The notes under the pieces were generated by a model. It was not told the DNA's origin. It was given only the letters and a program-made list of their open reading frames with translations, and did no database searches. The translations under genes were made by a program, and so were the position numbers. A stretch of 64,000 bases of DNA. Source: a candidate division WWE3 bacterium (GTDB lineage: Bacteria; Patescibacteriota; WWE3; UBA101185; UBA10185). The stretch lies in assembly GCA_012798115.1 (NCBI GenBank), contig JAAZNV010000006.1, forward strand, positions 19,232 through 83,231, written 5' to 3'. Positions 9,885 to 18,276 of this stretch are shown piece after piece (position 1 is the stretch's first letter; each line of letters opens with the position of its first letter).

Positions 9885-11117
9885 TTACATTCCAGGTCCA
9901 CCCATCATCATTCCACCACCCCTATCATTTGAGGAATTCTTTGATGATGATGTAAAGCCTTCTGTAGGAAGTGTGCTTAGTATTACTACATCATTTTCGT
10001 TTAACCCTTCTAATATTTCTGTATTGGAATCATCAGATATTCCTACTTTTACTGTTGCTTTCTTTTGACCTGCCCCTTCTGGAACCAAAACGTATTTTGT
10101 ATCTCCTGCAGTATTGATAGCACTTGTAGGAACATAAAGTGTATTGTCATGACTTTCAATAATAATGTCTGCAGTCACACTCATGTTAGGAAGCACCTTG
10201 TCATTGTCTGAATCAAACTTTACTATTACTGGGTAGTTAGACACTCCACTTGATTGTGTTCCAATCTTATCTATTCCAGTTACTGTTCCTTCAAATGTTT
10301 GATCGGATATACTGCTTAAAGTAAGTTTTGCTTTTTGGCCAACCTTAATATTATTTATATCCACTTCTGTTACATTTAAAGAAGCTGTTGGAGTCCCTTC
10401 TTGTTTGATTGAAGCTACCGTTTCAACAGATCTATCTGAGGTAACTGAATTTTCTATCTTAGTTCCTTCAGTTGCTACTATATTTGCTATTACTCCATTT
10501 GCTGGGGCAGTAATAGTTGATGAATAAGCTTGATATTCTGAATAAGCACTTTCTAGTGCTATTTCTGCTTGTTTAATAGAAGACTTTTGTATTTCGTAAG
10601 CATTTTTTGCTTGAAGGTATTCGTTTTCTGCATATTTGTATGAAAGCCTTTCATCATGATCTTGGTAGCTATTTGTTTCTTTCTCGTCTTCGAAAGCTTC
10701 TTCTTTTTGAAGCATTGCAGTTTCTAAACCATAAAGACTATTTTTAGCTGATTCTAGACTGTTTTTTGCTCTTAGATATGAAGAGTAAGCATCTGCTAAA
10801 CTTCTTTCTCCTTCCGAGTCTAAAGTAACTTCCATTATTTTTTGTCCTTTAACTACTTTTTCACCTTCAGTAACGTAAACCTTTTTAACAATACCATTAA
10901 CGCTTGTTGTTATAGCAAGATAATTTGCTGCTTGTATTGTCCCAGTTGTTGAGACATAAGAAGTAATCGTACCTCTTTTAACAGTTGAAGTGAGTTGTTG
11001 TTGTGTTCCTGCTTCCTTACTCCCTAGTATTTTTTGTCCTACTATAATTATCGTTGGTATAAGTACTATAGCTAACACTATCCATTTATATTTTAGCAAT
11101 AAGCTTTTGATTTTCAT
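9885..11117 (-). CDS. Periplasmic adaptor / membrane fusion protein (HlyD/MacA family) with a Gly/Met-rich C-terminal tail.
   Basis: N-terminal TM, coiled-coil segment, beta-barrel/lipoyl-like regions; tail ...DRGGGMMMGGPGM. Confidence 0.75.
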   Translation of the reverse strand: MKIKSLLLKYKWIVLAIVLIPTIIIVGQKILGSKEAGTQQQLTSTVKRGTITSYVSTTGTIQAANYLAITTSVNGIVKKVYVTEGEKVVKGQKIMEVTLDSEGERSLADAYSSYLRAKNSLESAKNSLYGLETAMLQKEEAFEDEKETNSYQDHDERLSYKYAENEYLQAKNAYEIQKSSIKQAEIALESAYSEYQAYSSTITAPANGVIANIVATEGTKIENSVTSDRSVETVASIKQEGTPTASLNVTEVDINNIKVGQKAKLTLSSISDQTFEGTVTGIDKIGTQSSGVSNYPVIVKFDSDNDKVLPNMSVTADIIIESHDNTLYVPTSAINTAGDTKYVLVPEGAGQKKATVKVGISDDSNTEILEGLNENDVVILSTLPTEGFTSSSKNSSNDRGGGMMMGGPGM

Positions 11118-11183
11118 GCATTAAATTATAACCATAAATACTGGGAAATTTCTGAGAGTTTTTACATTAACACCAAAAGGTGA

Positions 11184-12227
11184 TTAACAAGCAATAGGTA
11201 GCTTTACTAGAAATGAGGATCCTTTATTCGGTCTACTTTTTACACTTATAGAACCACTGTGCAAATTAACTATTTCCTTAGCTATTGATAAACCTAAACC
11301 ATAACCTTCAAAAGATTTTCTTGTTCTAGAATTATCTGCTTTATAAAAACGATCAAATACAAATGGAATATCTTTTTCTGATATACCAATACCATTATCT
11401 TTTACTTCTATTTCAAGGTTTTTATCTTCTTTGTTTATATTTATTTCAGCTAACCCTTCTTTCCTGTTAAATTTTATTGCATTATCAAGGAGGATAGTAA
11501 TTAGCTCCTTAATAGCATTCTTATCTGCATGAACTAGCAATTCATCTTGGGAAGAATTTACTTTTATGGTTACTCCTTGTTTTATAGCCTTTTGTTTCAT
11601 ACTCTCATGAACCTTATTTACAACTTCTGTTATGTTGAAGTCCTCAATACTGTTCTTATTTTCATAGTTCTGATAACGGCTAGCTTTTAAAAGGTCATTA
11701 GTAAGAGTTGTTAAAGAGTCAATATCTTCAATTACACTGCTTACAATTTCAGAACTTTCTAGTGTATTAAACTTTTTACACTTTTGACCAACTTCCAATT
11801 GAGCTTTCATTGATGTTAAAGGTGTTTTTAGTTCATGAGCAGCATCGGCAATAAACTTCTTTTGTTTTTCTAGCATCTTTTCTATTGGCTCTAGTGTAAC
11901 TCCTGCAAGAAAGTAGCTAATACTTCCAGAAATTATTAATATTGCAATGTTTACAACAAACAATAACGTGATGGTATTTGTTTTTACATTTTTTATCATT
12001 TCAATTCTTGCTGGGTTTTGAATATTGTTGGGTAGGGGTAACATTTTCTCAAATCTTTGTTCTATTCCTCTTTCATAATTTCCAAGTGCTCTTTCTGTTG
12101 ATTTAACAACACCAGAATATACAACTATGCTAAAAGAAACGGTAATACACATTATGATAAGAAGATACCAAGTTGTTAATCTAATTCTTGCTGACTTTAG
12201 CATTTTGCTCCTCAAGTTTATAGCCAA
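11184..12227 (-). CDS. Sensor histidine kinase.
   Basis: Two TM helices, H-box AAHELKTPLTSM, and C-terminal ATPase motifs (N, G1, G2 boxes: DNAIKF, DNGIGI, GYGLGLSI). Confidence 0.8.
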   Translation of the reverse strand: MAINLRSKMLKSARIRLTTWYLLIIMCITVSFSIVVYSGVVKSTERALGNYERGIEQRFEKMLPLPNNIQNPARIEMIKNVKTNTITLLFVVNIAILIISGSISYFLAGVTLEPIEKMLEKQKKFIADAAHELKTPLTSMKAQLEVGQKCKKFNTLESSEIVSSVIEDIDSLTTLTNDLLKASRYQNYENKNSIEDFNITEVVNKVHESMKQKAIKQGVTIKVNSSQDELLVHADKNAIKELITILLDNAIKFNRKEGLAEININKEDKNLEIEVKDNGIGISEKDIPFVFDRFYKADNSRTRKSFEGYGLGLSIAKEIVNLHSGSISVKSRPNKGSSFLVKLPIAC

Positions 12228-12879
12228 ATCCCCAAAGAGTTCTTAATAAAGGCTTCATATTCTTAAAGGATTTATCAATCTTATTTCTTAGGTATCCAAT
12301 ATAAACTTCAACTGTGTTTGGCAGGATGTCTGCATCATAGTTCCATACGTGTTCTATTATGTCTTCTTTTGCAATTACCTTATTTTTATTTCTCATTAAG
12401 TACTCTAATAGTGCAAATTCTTTTTTTGATAAGTTAATGTTTTTATTGCCACGTGATACTGTAAAGTTTCTTGTGTTCATTTTTAAATTTTCACATGTTA
12501 ATTCATCTGGTGTGAAGGTGGATGAGCGTCTTAAGAGAGATCTGATCCTTGCAAGGAGCTCGTCAAAAGAAAAAGGTTTTGCCAGGTAATCATCTGCACC
12601 TATGTTTAGTCCTGCTATTTTATCTTCCACTTCACTTTTAGCTGTAAGCATTAAAATCAATGTATGTTTGTTTTCTTCTCTTAATTTCTTGCATATCTCC
12701 ATACCATCCATGCCTGGGAGCATTAGGTCCAAAATGACCAAGTCATAATCTGTAGTGGAAGCTAAGTCATATCCATAAGTGCCTGTTTCAGCAATATCAA
12801 TAGCAAAGCCTTCAAACTCAAGACCTTCTTTTAAAGCATTTGATATTTTTTTGTCATCTTCTACAACAAGTATTCTCAT
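12181..12879 (-). CDS. OmpR-family response regulator.
   Basis: MRILVVEDD receiver, DLMLPGMDG, C-terminal winged helix (LRTLWGFGYKL). Overlaps the kinase gene by a few codons. Confidence 0.9.
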   Translation of the reverse strand: MRILVVEDDKKISNALKEGLEFEGFAIDIAETGTYGYDLASTTDYDLVILDLMLPGMDGMEICKKLREENKHTLILMLTAKSEVEDKIAGLNIGADDYLAKPFSFDELLARIRSLLRRSSTFTPDELTCENLKMNTRNFTVSRGNKNINLSKKEFALLEYLMRNKNKVIAKEDIIEHVWNYDADILPNTVEVYIGYLRNKIDKSFKNMKPLLRTLWGFGYKLEEQNAKVSKN

Positions 12880-12974
12880 ATGTTAGTATGTTAGTTTTAA
12901 TAACTAACTTTATTATAGTCTAATGAACAGAGTACTAGCATTCAGAAGGAGTCCCTGCCCAGACTCTTTCTTTG

Positions 12975-13385
12975 TTAGTTACTAGAATTGTTTGTTTCCT
13001 CTGACCTTGGGGATCCCATTTCTGGTATGCCCATTGCTGTTCTTAAGTCAGCTACAGAAACTCCTAAAGTAGTAGCAGCATTTTCAAGATTCAGCTGTTC
13101 CCCAGCCTTAACTGTTAGTACTTCTTTTACTTTATCTTCTGTTAAGTTTAATTTTTGTGCTATTAATGCGTAGTCAATATTGTTTGGATCGAATCCTTTT
13201 CCTTGTGGTGCTCCTTCAGGTGGAGTTTTGTCCCCTCCTTTAAATTGTGCGTTTTCACCTTGTTTATTTCCAGTTCCAGGATTAGTTGAATTTCCTTTTC
13301 TGCAGATTAAGAGTGAAACACAAATAACTATTGCAATTGTGATAACAGCATACATAATTTGGGTTTTATTTTTTTGATCTTTCAT
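12975..13385 (-). CDS. Small membrane-anchored secreted protein (136 aa) at the head of the two-component system and efflux operon.
   Basis: N-terminal TM, low-complexity G/P/N-rich linker, short C-terminal helical domain. Confidence 0.4.
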   Translation of the reverse strand: MKDQKNKTQIMYAVITIAIVICVSLLICRKGNSTNPGTGNKQGENAQFKGGDKTPPEGAPQGKGFDPNNIDYALIAQKLNLTEDKVKEVLTVKAGEQLNLENAATTLGVSVADLRTAMGIPEMGSPRSEETNNSSN

Positions 13386-13715
13386 CCTTGTCCACCTCCT
13401 TAAAAAAAGTTCAAGTATTAATAGTTAGTAGAGTAGTAAAAAATGCTGAGAAAGTGCTTAAGCTTTTCTTTATACTTTTAATCTATAAATTCTTTTTCTT
13501 CCTATACCATGGAGAAGGTTAATATATTTTCTAAACTCACAGCCAATACCTTCCCAATTCTATATACACATTACAAAATTTATATCTAGGTACTATTAGA
13601 AAGATATATATATATTAGCTAGATATCTTGATAGAGAACAAAAAGATAATTTACTTTGTAAGTAGCTCTTCTCTAGATTTTTGATCAGGTACATGGGTAG
13701 TTATTGGAACTTTCA

Positions 13716-14231
13716 TCAGCAAGAAAGTATAAGATTTGAAGTTAATATAGCTGGTGCATTCTTTTTATATATTAAATCTTTTCCACCTCCTAGATTGTAC
13801 AGATCTTCCCTTCCAGCTATTTTGTACCTATGCTTAAGAAGAAAGAACTTGATGGCATAATTAACAGATTTGGCATCGCAAAGTATAATTTTTGATTTAA
13901 ACTCCTTTGAGCCTTCTATCTCTGTGTTTCTCAGTAAGAAGCTAGCCAAGTATCTACCTCTAAATTCTGGTCTAACAGTTAGGTTTTTAATTTCAAGAGC
14001 ATCTGAATACGTTTTATGTTTTTGGTAAATAGATACTCCAACAATATTCCCTGAAGATATGGCGATTAATGCTCTTTTACTTTCTTTATGAAGTTCTTTG
14101 TAAGATTTATCAGCCCAATCAAGAAAATCTGGGTAATCTGTATTAGGGATCCATAACCTAGGTCCAAGAATAAAGTTTACAATTTCATCCAGTTTAGAGG
14201 CTGGATACTCATTTGTAAATCTATAATCCAT
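13716..14231 (-). CDS. GNAT-like acetyltransferase (tentative).
   Basis: LEIKNLTVRPEFRGRYLASFLL resembles the GNAT motif A Q/RxxGxG/A-like segment; otherwise unrecognised. Confidence 0.4.
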   Translation of the reverse strand: MDYRFTNEYPASKLDEIVNFILGPRLWIPNTDYPDFLDWADKSYKELHKESKRALIAISSGNIVGVSIYQKHKTYSDALEIKNLTVRPEFRGRYLASFLLRNTEIEGSKEFKSKIILCDAKSVNYAIKFFLLKHRYKIAGREDLYNLGGGKDLIYKKNAPAILTSNLILSC

Positions 14232-14297
14232 AATTAGAAATTATTTTAGCATAAGATATTTAAGATTGATTTATGTTGCTACAAAGACAAGATAATT

Positions 14298-14340
14298 GGC
14301 TGAGCATGCTGGTCAGGAGCGTCTGCGTCTACTTTCCCAG
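14298..14340. repeat. Intergenic repeat copy R1 (GGCTGAGCATGCTGGTCAGG...CTACTTTCCCAG).
   Basis: Shares the GGCTRAGCATGYYGGT core with the copies at 14954 and 15572, and the CTA-TT-CCCAG 3' end with R3. Confidence 0.55.
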
Positions 14341-14910
14341 GTCAGGATAATTTACATCAAATCCTTTTAAATACTCCCCATGAAAAGAACTTTTTATATC
14401 TTCATACTTAATATCTTTGTAATTTTTAAAACTGCCAGAATAATATAAATACAATATTTGCATGAAGAAGCTATGGGTAACACAAAGCATATTATTGTAG
14501 CTGAGACCTTTTAGATATTTATCTAGCTCCTTTATTCTTTCCCAGGTATCTTTTAGAGTACTAAGTTCGGTGCCATCGATGAATCTATTAATTCGTTCCC
14601 CTGGTAAATCTGGATTCCAGGCACATTCCTCTAAAAGTTCACATGTCTCTATTTTTATGTTGAGATTGAATACTTTTTTAACCTCGTTGGCGCTTTCTAA
14701 AGTGCGTTTTGAGGGACTACTTATGATCACATCAAATTGCTTGTATGCATCTAGGTCTAATTCGTTTGTAATGTAGTTTTTAACGTCACTATTTATAGAT
14801 GGATCAATAAGTCCTTTGGATAGGTTTACATATTGCTCATGATCTGTGTTTTCTTTGGAATCAAACGGGTATGCTAATCTGTAATGTCTGATAAATGTAA
14901 CCACTTTCAC
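14329..14910 (-). CDS. Histidine phosphatase superfamily protein (phosphoglycerate mutase-like), tentative.
   Basis: N-terminal VTFIRHYRL (RHG-like) and C-terminal CVTHSFF segment. Confidence 0.45.
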   Translation of the reverse strand: MKVVTFIRHYRLAYPFDSKENTDHEQYVNLSKGLIDPSINSDVKNYITNELDLDAYKQFDVIISSPSKRTLESANEVKKVFNLNIKIETCELLEECAWNPDLPGERINRFIDGTELSTLKDTWERIKELDKYLKGLSYNNMLCVTHSFFMQILYLYYSGSFKNYKDIKYEDIKSSFHGEYLKGFDVNYPDLGK

Positions 14911-14953
14911 ACACGAATTATATTATCCCGTGAGCCCTTTCTCAAGGTTACAT

Positions 14954-14993
14954 GGCTAAGCATGTCGGTTTAGAACGCATGGGACTATTACAC
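14954..14993. repeat. Intergenic repeat copy R2 (GGCTAAGCATGTCGGTTTAGAACGCATGGG...).
   Basis: Aligns to R3 over about 35 nt, with the upstream GTGAGCCCTTTCT / GTGTGCCCATTCT also shared. Confidence 0.55.
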
Positions 14994-15067
14994 AAGAATC
15001 AGATTAATTTTAATGTTTTTCTGTATGCGAGCTTGACATTACATTAAATTATGTGTAGATTGAGGCA

Positions 15068-15427
15068 ATGAATGATGAAGGCTTAAAACAAGAACCAGAT
15101 TTAACCGAAGTCGTGAAAGATCTCTTGGATGCAGGCCATCGGGATGAGGTCGTTTCTGCCATCACCCAATTATATAACCAGTCTGAAGCAGGTATGATAC
15201 CTGGTGACTTTGACTCACTTGTAAGAACAAACCTAGAGAAGGTTGAAAAATCATTAGCTGACAACCCTGATGTAGATCTAAAAGATGAATTTACTGGATT
15301 TGTGGAGGATCTTACACGAGTAGCTGGTATGAACTCTTATCATGGTATAACACCCCCGTCCCATATTATGCAAGAAGCCATTGTGGATATGTTAAAAAAC
15401 ATGGATAAAGGAGAGGTTGTGAGTTAG
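15068..15427 (+). CDS. Acidic hypothetical protein (119 aa), flanked by repeat copies R2 and R3.
   Basis: ORF with locally higher GC than its neighbours; no motif recognised. Confidence 0.4.
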   Translation: MNDEGLKQEPDLTEVVKDLLDAGHRDEVVSAITQLYNQSEAGMIPGDFDSLVRTNLEKVEKSLADNPDVDLKDEFTGFVEDLTRVAGMNSYHGITPPSHIMQEAIVDMLKNMDKGEVVS

Positions 15428-15571
15428 TTTTCATCTGTCTTTACGCCTGTTTACGTGTATTATTTTCCATGTGTCATCGCTCTAATCATAGGTAGTTTAG
15501 GTTCGATCAAGGAGTATCTACTAGCCTTGAAAGAGTATTTGAGGCTTCGTGATCACTTGTGTGCCCATTCT

Positions 15572-15624
15572 GGCTGAGCATGTCGGTCTAACACCCATTT
15601 CATTCTCTAGGCTCTAATTCCCAG
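15572..15624. repeat. Intergenic repeat copy R3 (GGCTGAGCATGTCGGTCTAACACCC...CTAATTCCCAG).
   Basis: Third copy of the family; overlaps the last codons of the convergent gene. Confidence 0.55.
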
Positions 15625-16063
15625 ATAATTGAGCATACTTGTCTAGAGCCCTTAATCGTTTTAGTTCTTTTCTCACTTTACTTTTGAGAGTTTGGTATCT
15701 TTCAAGAATTTTATACTCACAAGCACTCTTTGAATTTAGAATCTCATCTTTTGTTTTATACTCATATATATTAAATTTTGTAGGTTTTTTAAACTGACAT
15801 CTGCTGAAATCTTGATTCGTTCCATCTGGAAGTACATTCCAAACATGAAAGTTATTTTTATCGTAAGCTAGTTTCCCCCCAAATAAGTCATACACAATTA
15901 AAGCAGTGGGTACACATTGTCCCAAGGCTTTGTCAACTCTAGTCCATTTATTAGCTAAATTGGGAAATACTGTATTGTTTGACCATGTGTCTTTAAATAT
16001 AGATTCGAGCTCATCAAATTGTTCTTTAGAAAGAAGATTTGAGTTTTGATATAAGTTCAACAT
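15614..16063 (-). CDS. Hypothetical protein (149 aa), co-operonic with the UDG-like gene.
   Basis: 7-nt overlap with the upstream ORF; no motif recognised. Confidence 0.4.
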   Translation of the reverse strand: MLNLYQNSNLLSKEQFDELESIFKDTWSNNTVFPNLANKWTRVDKALGQCVPTALIVYDLFGGKLAYDKNNFHVWNVLPDGTNQDFSRCQFKKPTKFNIYEYKTKDEILNSKSACEYKILERYQTLKSKVRKELKRLRALDKYAQLSGN

Positions 16064-16617
16064 AAGAGGTCTCTCAGTTGCTTAGCTAATTTATTAAATA
16101 TTTCTATGTTTTTCTGATGATTATATGGCCCAATTGGTGAGGGATGATATATAGGAAGGAATTGATACATACTTTCGGACAGAGATGCCTCAGTAATGAC
16201 TCCTATTTCCAAGTTTAAGTTGGAATTTTTATTGAATATTTCCAAAGTTTTTACGCCTAATAAAATAATAAATCTGATATTATTTGCTTTTAGTTGTTTT
16301 AGGAAGATAGGCCAACACTTAGATCCACAAACATCCAGTTGCTTCCGTTTTTTATCTACATAGCATTTGACCAATTCTGTAAATGAACAGTCATCAATGT
16401 TTAGTTGATAGGGTTCGAATAATTTATTTAAATTTTTACCAGTGGGCAAAAGCTTTCCGTTTATCGTATAGAATGCTTTACCAGATTTTCTCCAACCATT
16501 AGGTGCAGGAGATTCCCCAACTAAGAGAATATGCTTTCCTCTGGTGTTACCTAACTTGAAAAACTTTGTTATTGGGTAAGTGTCCGTATTTTCACAGTAA
16601 TGTTCTTGTTCATCCAT
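16057..16617 (-). CDS. Uracil-DNA glycosylase superfamily protein (family 4/5-like), tentative.
   Basis: LLVGESPAPNGW (GE[GS]PG-like motif A) and IYHPSPIGPYN (HPSP motif B), with several Cys. Confidence 0.5.
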   Translation of the reverse strand: MDEQEHYCENTDTYPITKFFKLGNTRGKHILLVGESPAPNGWRKSGKAFYTINGKLLPTGKNLNKLFEPYQLNIDDCSFTELVKCYVDKKRKQLDVCGSKCWPIFLKQLKANNIRFIILLGVKTLEIFNKNSNLNLEIGVITEASLSESMYQFLPIYHPSPIGPYNHQKNIEIFNKLAKQLRDLLC

Positions 16618-16709
16618 ACGCCAATTATATATGATTATATATTATGGAACTTATAGTGGCTGATTGATTTAATAACAATCCTATCCATATGAGTACTCTC
16701 CGGGCTACT

Positions 16710-16783
16710 TGGCTGGGGGACAGGGACTTGAACCCCAATTATTGCATCCAGAGTGCAACGTCCTACCATTAGACGATCCCCCA
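16710..16783 (-). tRNA. tRNA-Gln (anticodon CUG).
   Basis: Manual cloverleaf: U1-A72 acceptor stem (as in bacterial tRNA-Gln), D arm TCGTCTAATGGTAGGAC, anticodon loop CTCTGGA, T arm with TTCAAGT loop, encoded CCA. Confidence 0.8.
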
Positions 16784-16833
16784 ACGTTTATTTGATTTTA
16801 CCATTTATACACTATTGCTGATAAAATATTTAT

Positions 16834-17040
16834 ATGGATAAAAAGATAAAGAAAATAAAAATAAATGAAGATATATGTATTGGTTGTGGAGCTTGTGGAA
16901 TAACTGCCCCAGAAGCTTTTGGTTATGATAATGAAAGAGCTAAAGCAACCGTTAAAGAAGGAGCAGAAGATACAGATAATGAAAAGATAAAAGAAGCTGT
17001 AAGAAGATGTCCTGTACAAGCTATAAGTATTGAAGAGTAG
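16834..17040 (+). CDS. Small 4Fe-4S ferredoxin.
   Basis: CIGCGACGITAPEAF ... RRCPVQAI (CxxCxxC...CP single-cluster ferredoxin pattern), 68 aa. Confidence 0.75.
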   Translation: MDKKIKKIKINEDICIGCGACGITAPEAFGYDNERAKATVKEGAEDTDNEKIKEAVRRCPVQAISIEE

Positions 17041-17162
17041 ATTGGTTGTTTAGTGTATAACCTCAAAGAATAAAGAAAATAAGAAGGGGTAACATTTATT
17101 AAAAGCTACAAGCAAGTCGCGTTCAACAGAAAGCCACCTAAGTTGATAGATGGCTTTTGTGG

Positions 17163-17624
17163 TTAAAGTAAAAATAAACCTTCGGTGAATTTTTTGGCTA
17201 TTCTCAAGAGTTCATTTATCATTGGGCCTTTTAAACAATCAATTGAAATGACTTTATAAATCCATTGCTCTATGGATAAGCTTTCTCGTCCTCTTTCAGC
17301 TGGCGTCTCCCAATTTCTAAAGATGTATTTGATATGCTCTGCATTAGCACGGACGAAGATGTCCCCTTTCTCTATTTCAACACGATGAGAGAAAGGTCCA
17401 TGAGAACTTATTGTGGAAAATGCAAACACTGTGAGAAGTTCAATTCCTTCAAAGCTTTTAACGTCCTTTAAAAAAGCAATGGGTTTGCTCGGCGTGATTA
17501 ATTCCCACCTAGTATCGGCCCCATCCTTCTTAAGGTATAAATGTCCAGCCTCTAGAGACACAACTTCTTCTTCCATTTTTAACTCCTTTTTATTTAGAAT
17601 GTTGCTATTTAACAAAATAACCAT
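17163..17624 (-). CDS. Hypothetical protein (start possibly the internal MEEEVV at about 17576).
   Basis: ORF only; no motif recognised. Confidence 0.35.
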   Translation of the reverse strand: MVILLNSNILNKKELKMEEEVVSLEAGHLYLKKDGADTRWELITPSKPIAFLKDVKSFEGIELLTVFAFSTISSHGPFSHRVEIEKGDIFVRANAEHIKYIFRNWETPAERGRESLSIEQWIYKVISIDCLKGPMINELLRIAKKFTEGLFLL

Positions 17625-17703
17625 ACATAAGTCAAATGGTGTTTAAAATTACAGTATTTGTGTACTTTGTTAGTTATGTAGTTTAGGATACAATTTACTT
17701 ACT

Positions 17704-18276
17704 ATGATTCCAGCACAACATAAAGAACAAAGAGTAGCCATATTTGTAGATGTACAAAATATGTACTACTCTGCTAAAAATTTATATGGAGCTAAAGTTG
17801 ACTTTGGGAGAGTTCTTGCATCAGGAGTAGCCGGGAGAAAATTAGTAAGGGCATTTGCTTATGTGATCAAAGCAGATGTTGGTGCAGAAAAAGATTTCTT
17901 TGGAGCACTGCAAAAAATAGGTTATGAAGTAAAAGAAAAAGATCTTCAAATATTCTTTGGAGGAGCAAAAAAAGGAGATTGGGATGTAGGTTTGTGTATG
18001 GATGCAGTAAGGATGGTACCAAAGATAGATGTGATGATACTTGTTTCGGGAGATGGAGACTATACAGATCTTCTTGAATATGCAAGAAGTCAAGGAGTAA
18101 GGACAGAAGTAATTGCATTTGGAAAAACTGGATCTAGTAGACTTTTCTCTGAAGCAGATTTTGTAGTAGACATGGATGAATCTCCAGAGAAATTCTTAAT
18201 TGGAAAGATAGGAAAGCAAAAGTTTTCAATTCTTAGGGAATTTAACAAGAATGAAAGTGAAAACAAAGCTAGGTGA
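17704..18276 (+). CDS. NYN/LabA-like domain protein (predicted RNA nuclease fold).
   Basis: VAIFVDVQNMYY ... ILVSGDGDYTDLL pattern of NYN/LabA domains. Confidence 0.7.
   Translation: MIPAQHKEQRVAIFVDVQNMYYSAKNLYGAKVDFGRVLASGVAGRKLVRAFAYVIKADVGAEKDFFGALQKIGYEVKEKDLQIFFGGAKKGDWDVGLCMDAVRMVPKIDVMILVSGDGDYTDLLEYARSQGVRTEVIAFGKTGSSRLFSEADFVVDMDESPEKFLIGKIGKQKFSILREFNKNESENKAR

Noticed and set aside
8117-10068. Antisense ORFs inside the ABC permease and ATPase genes (8117-8392, 9616-10068), and many similar ORFs inside lysS, the giant gene, recA and others.
   Set aside because: They lie embedded antisense within genes that have strong motifs and have low-complexity translations, so they are typical shadow ORFs.
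12181-12227. Overlap between the histidine kinase and response regulator ORFs.
   Set aside because: Ordinary translational coupling, and the kinase probably starts at a downstream Met. Not noteworthy.
17100-17160. Hairpin AAAGCCA-N14-TGGCTTT between the ferredoxin gene and the convergent minus-strand gene.
   Set aside because: It lacks a clear U-tract on either strand, so it is at best a weak bidirectional terminator. Not listed as a feature.
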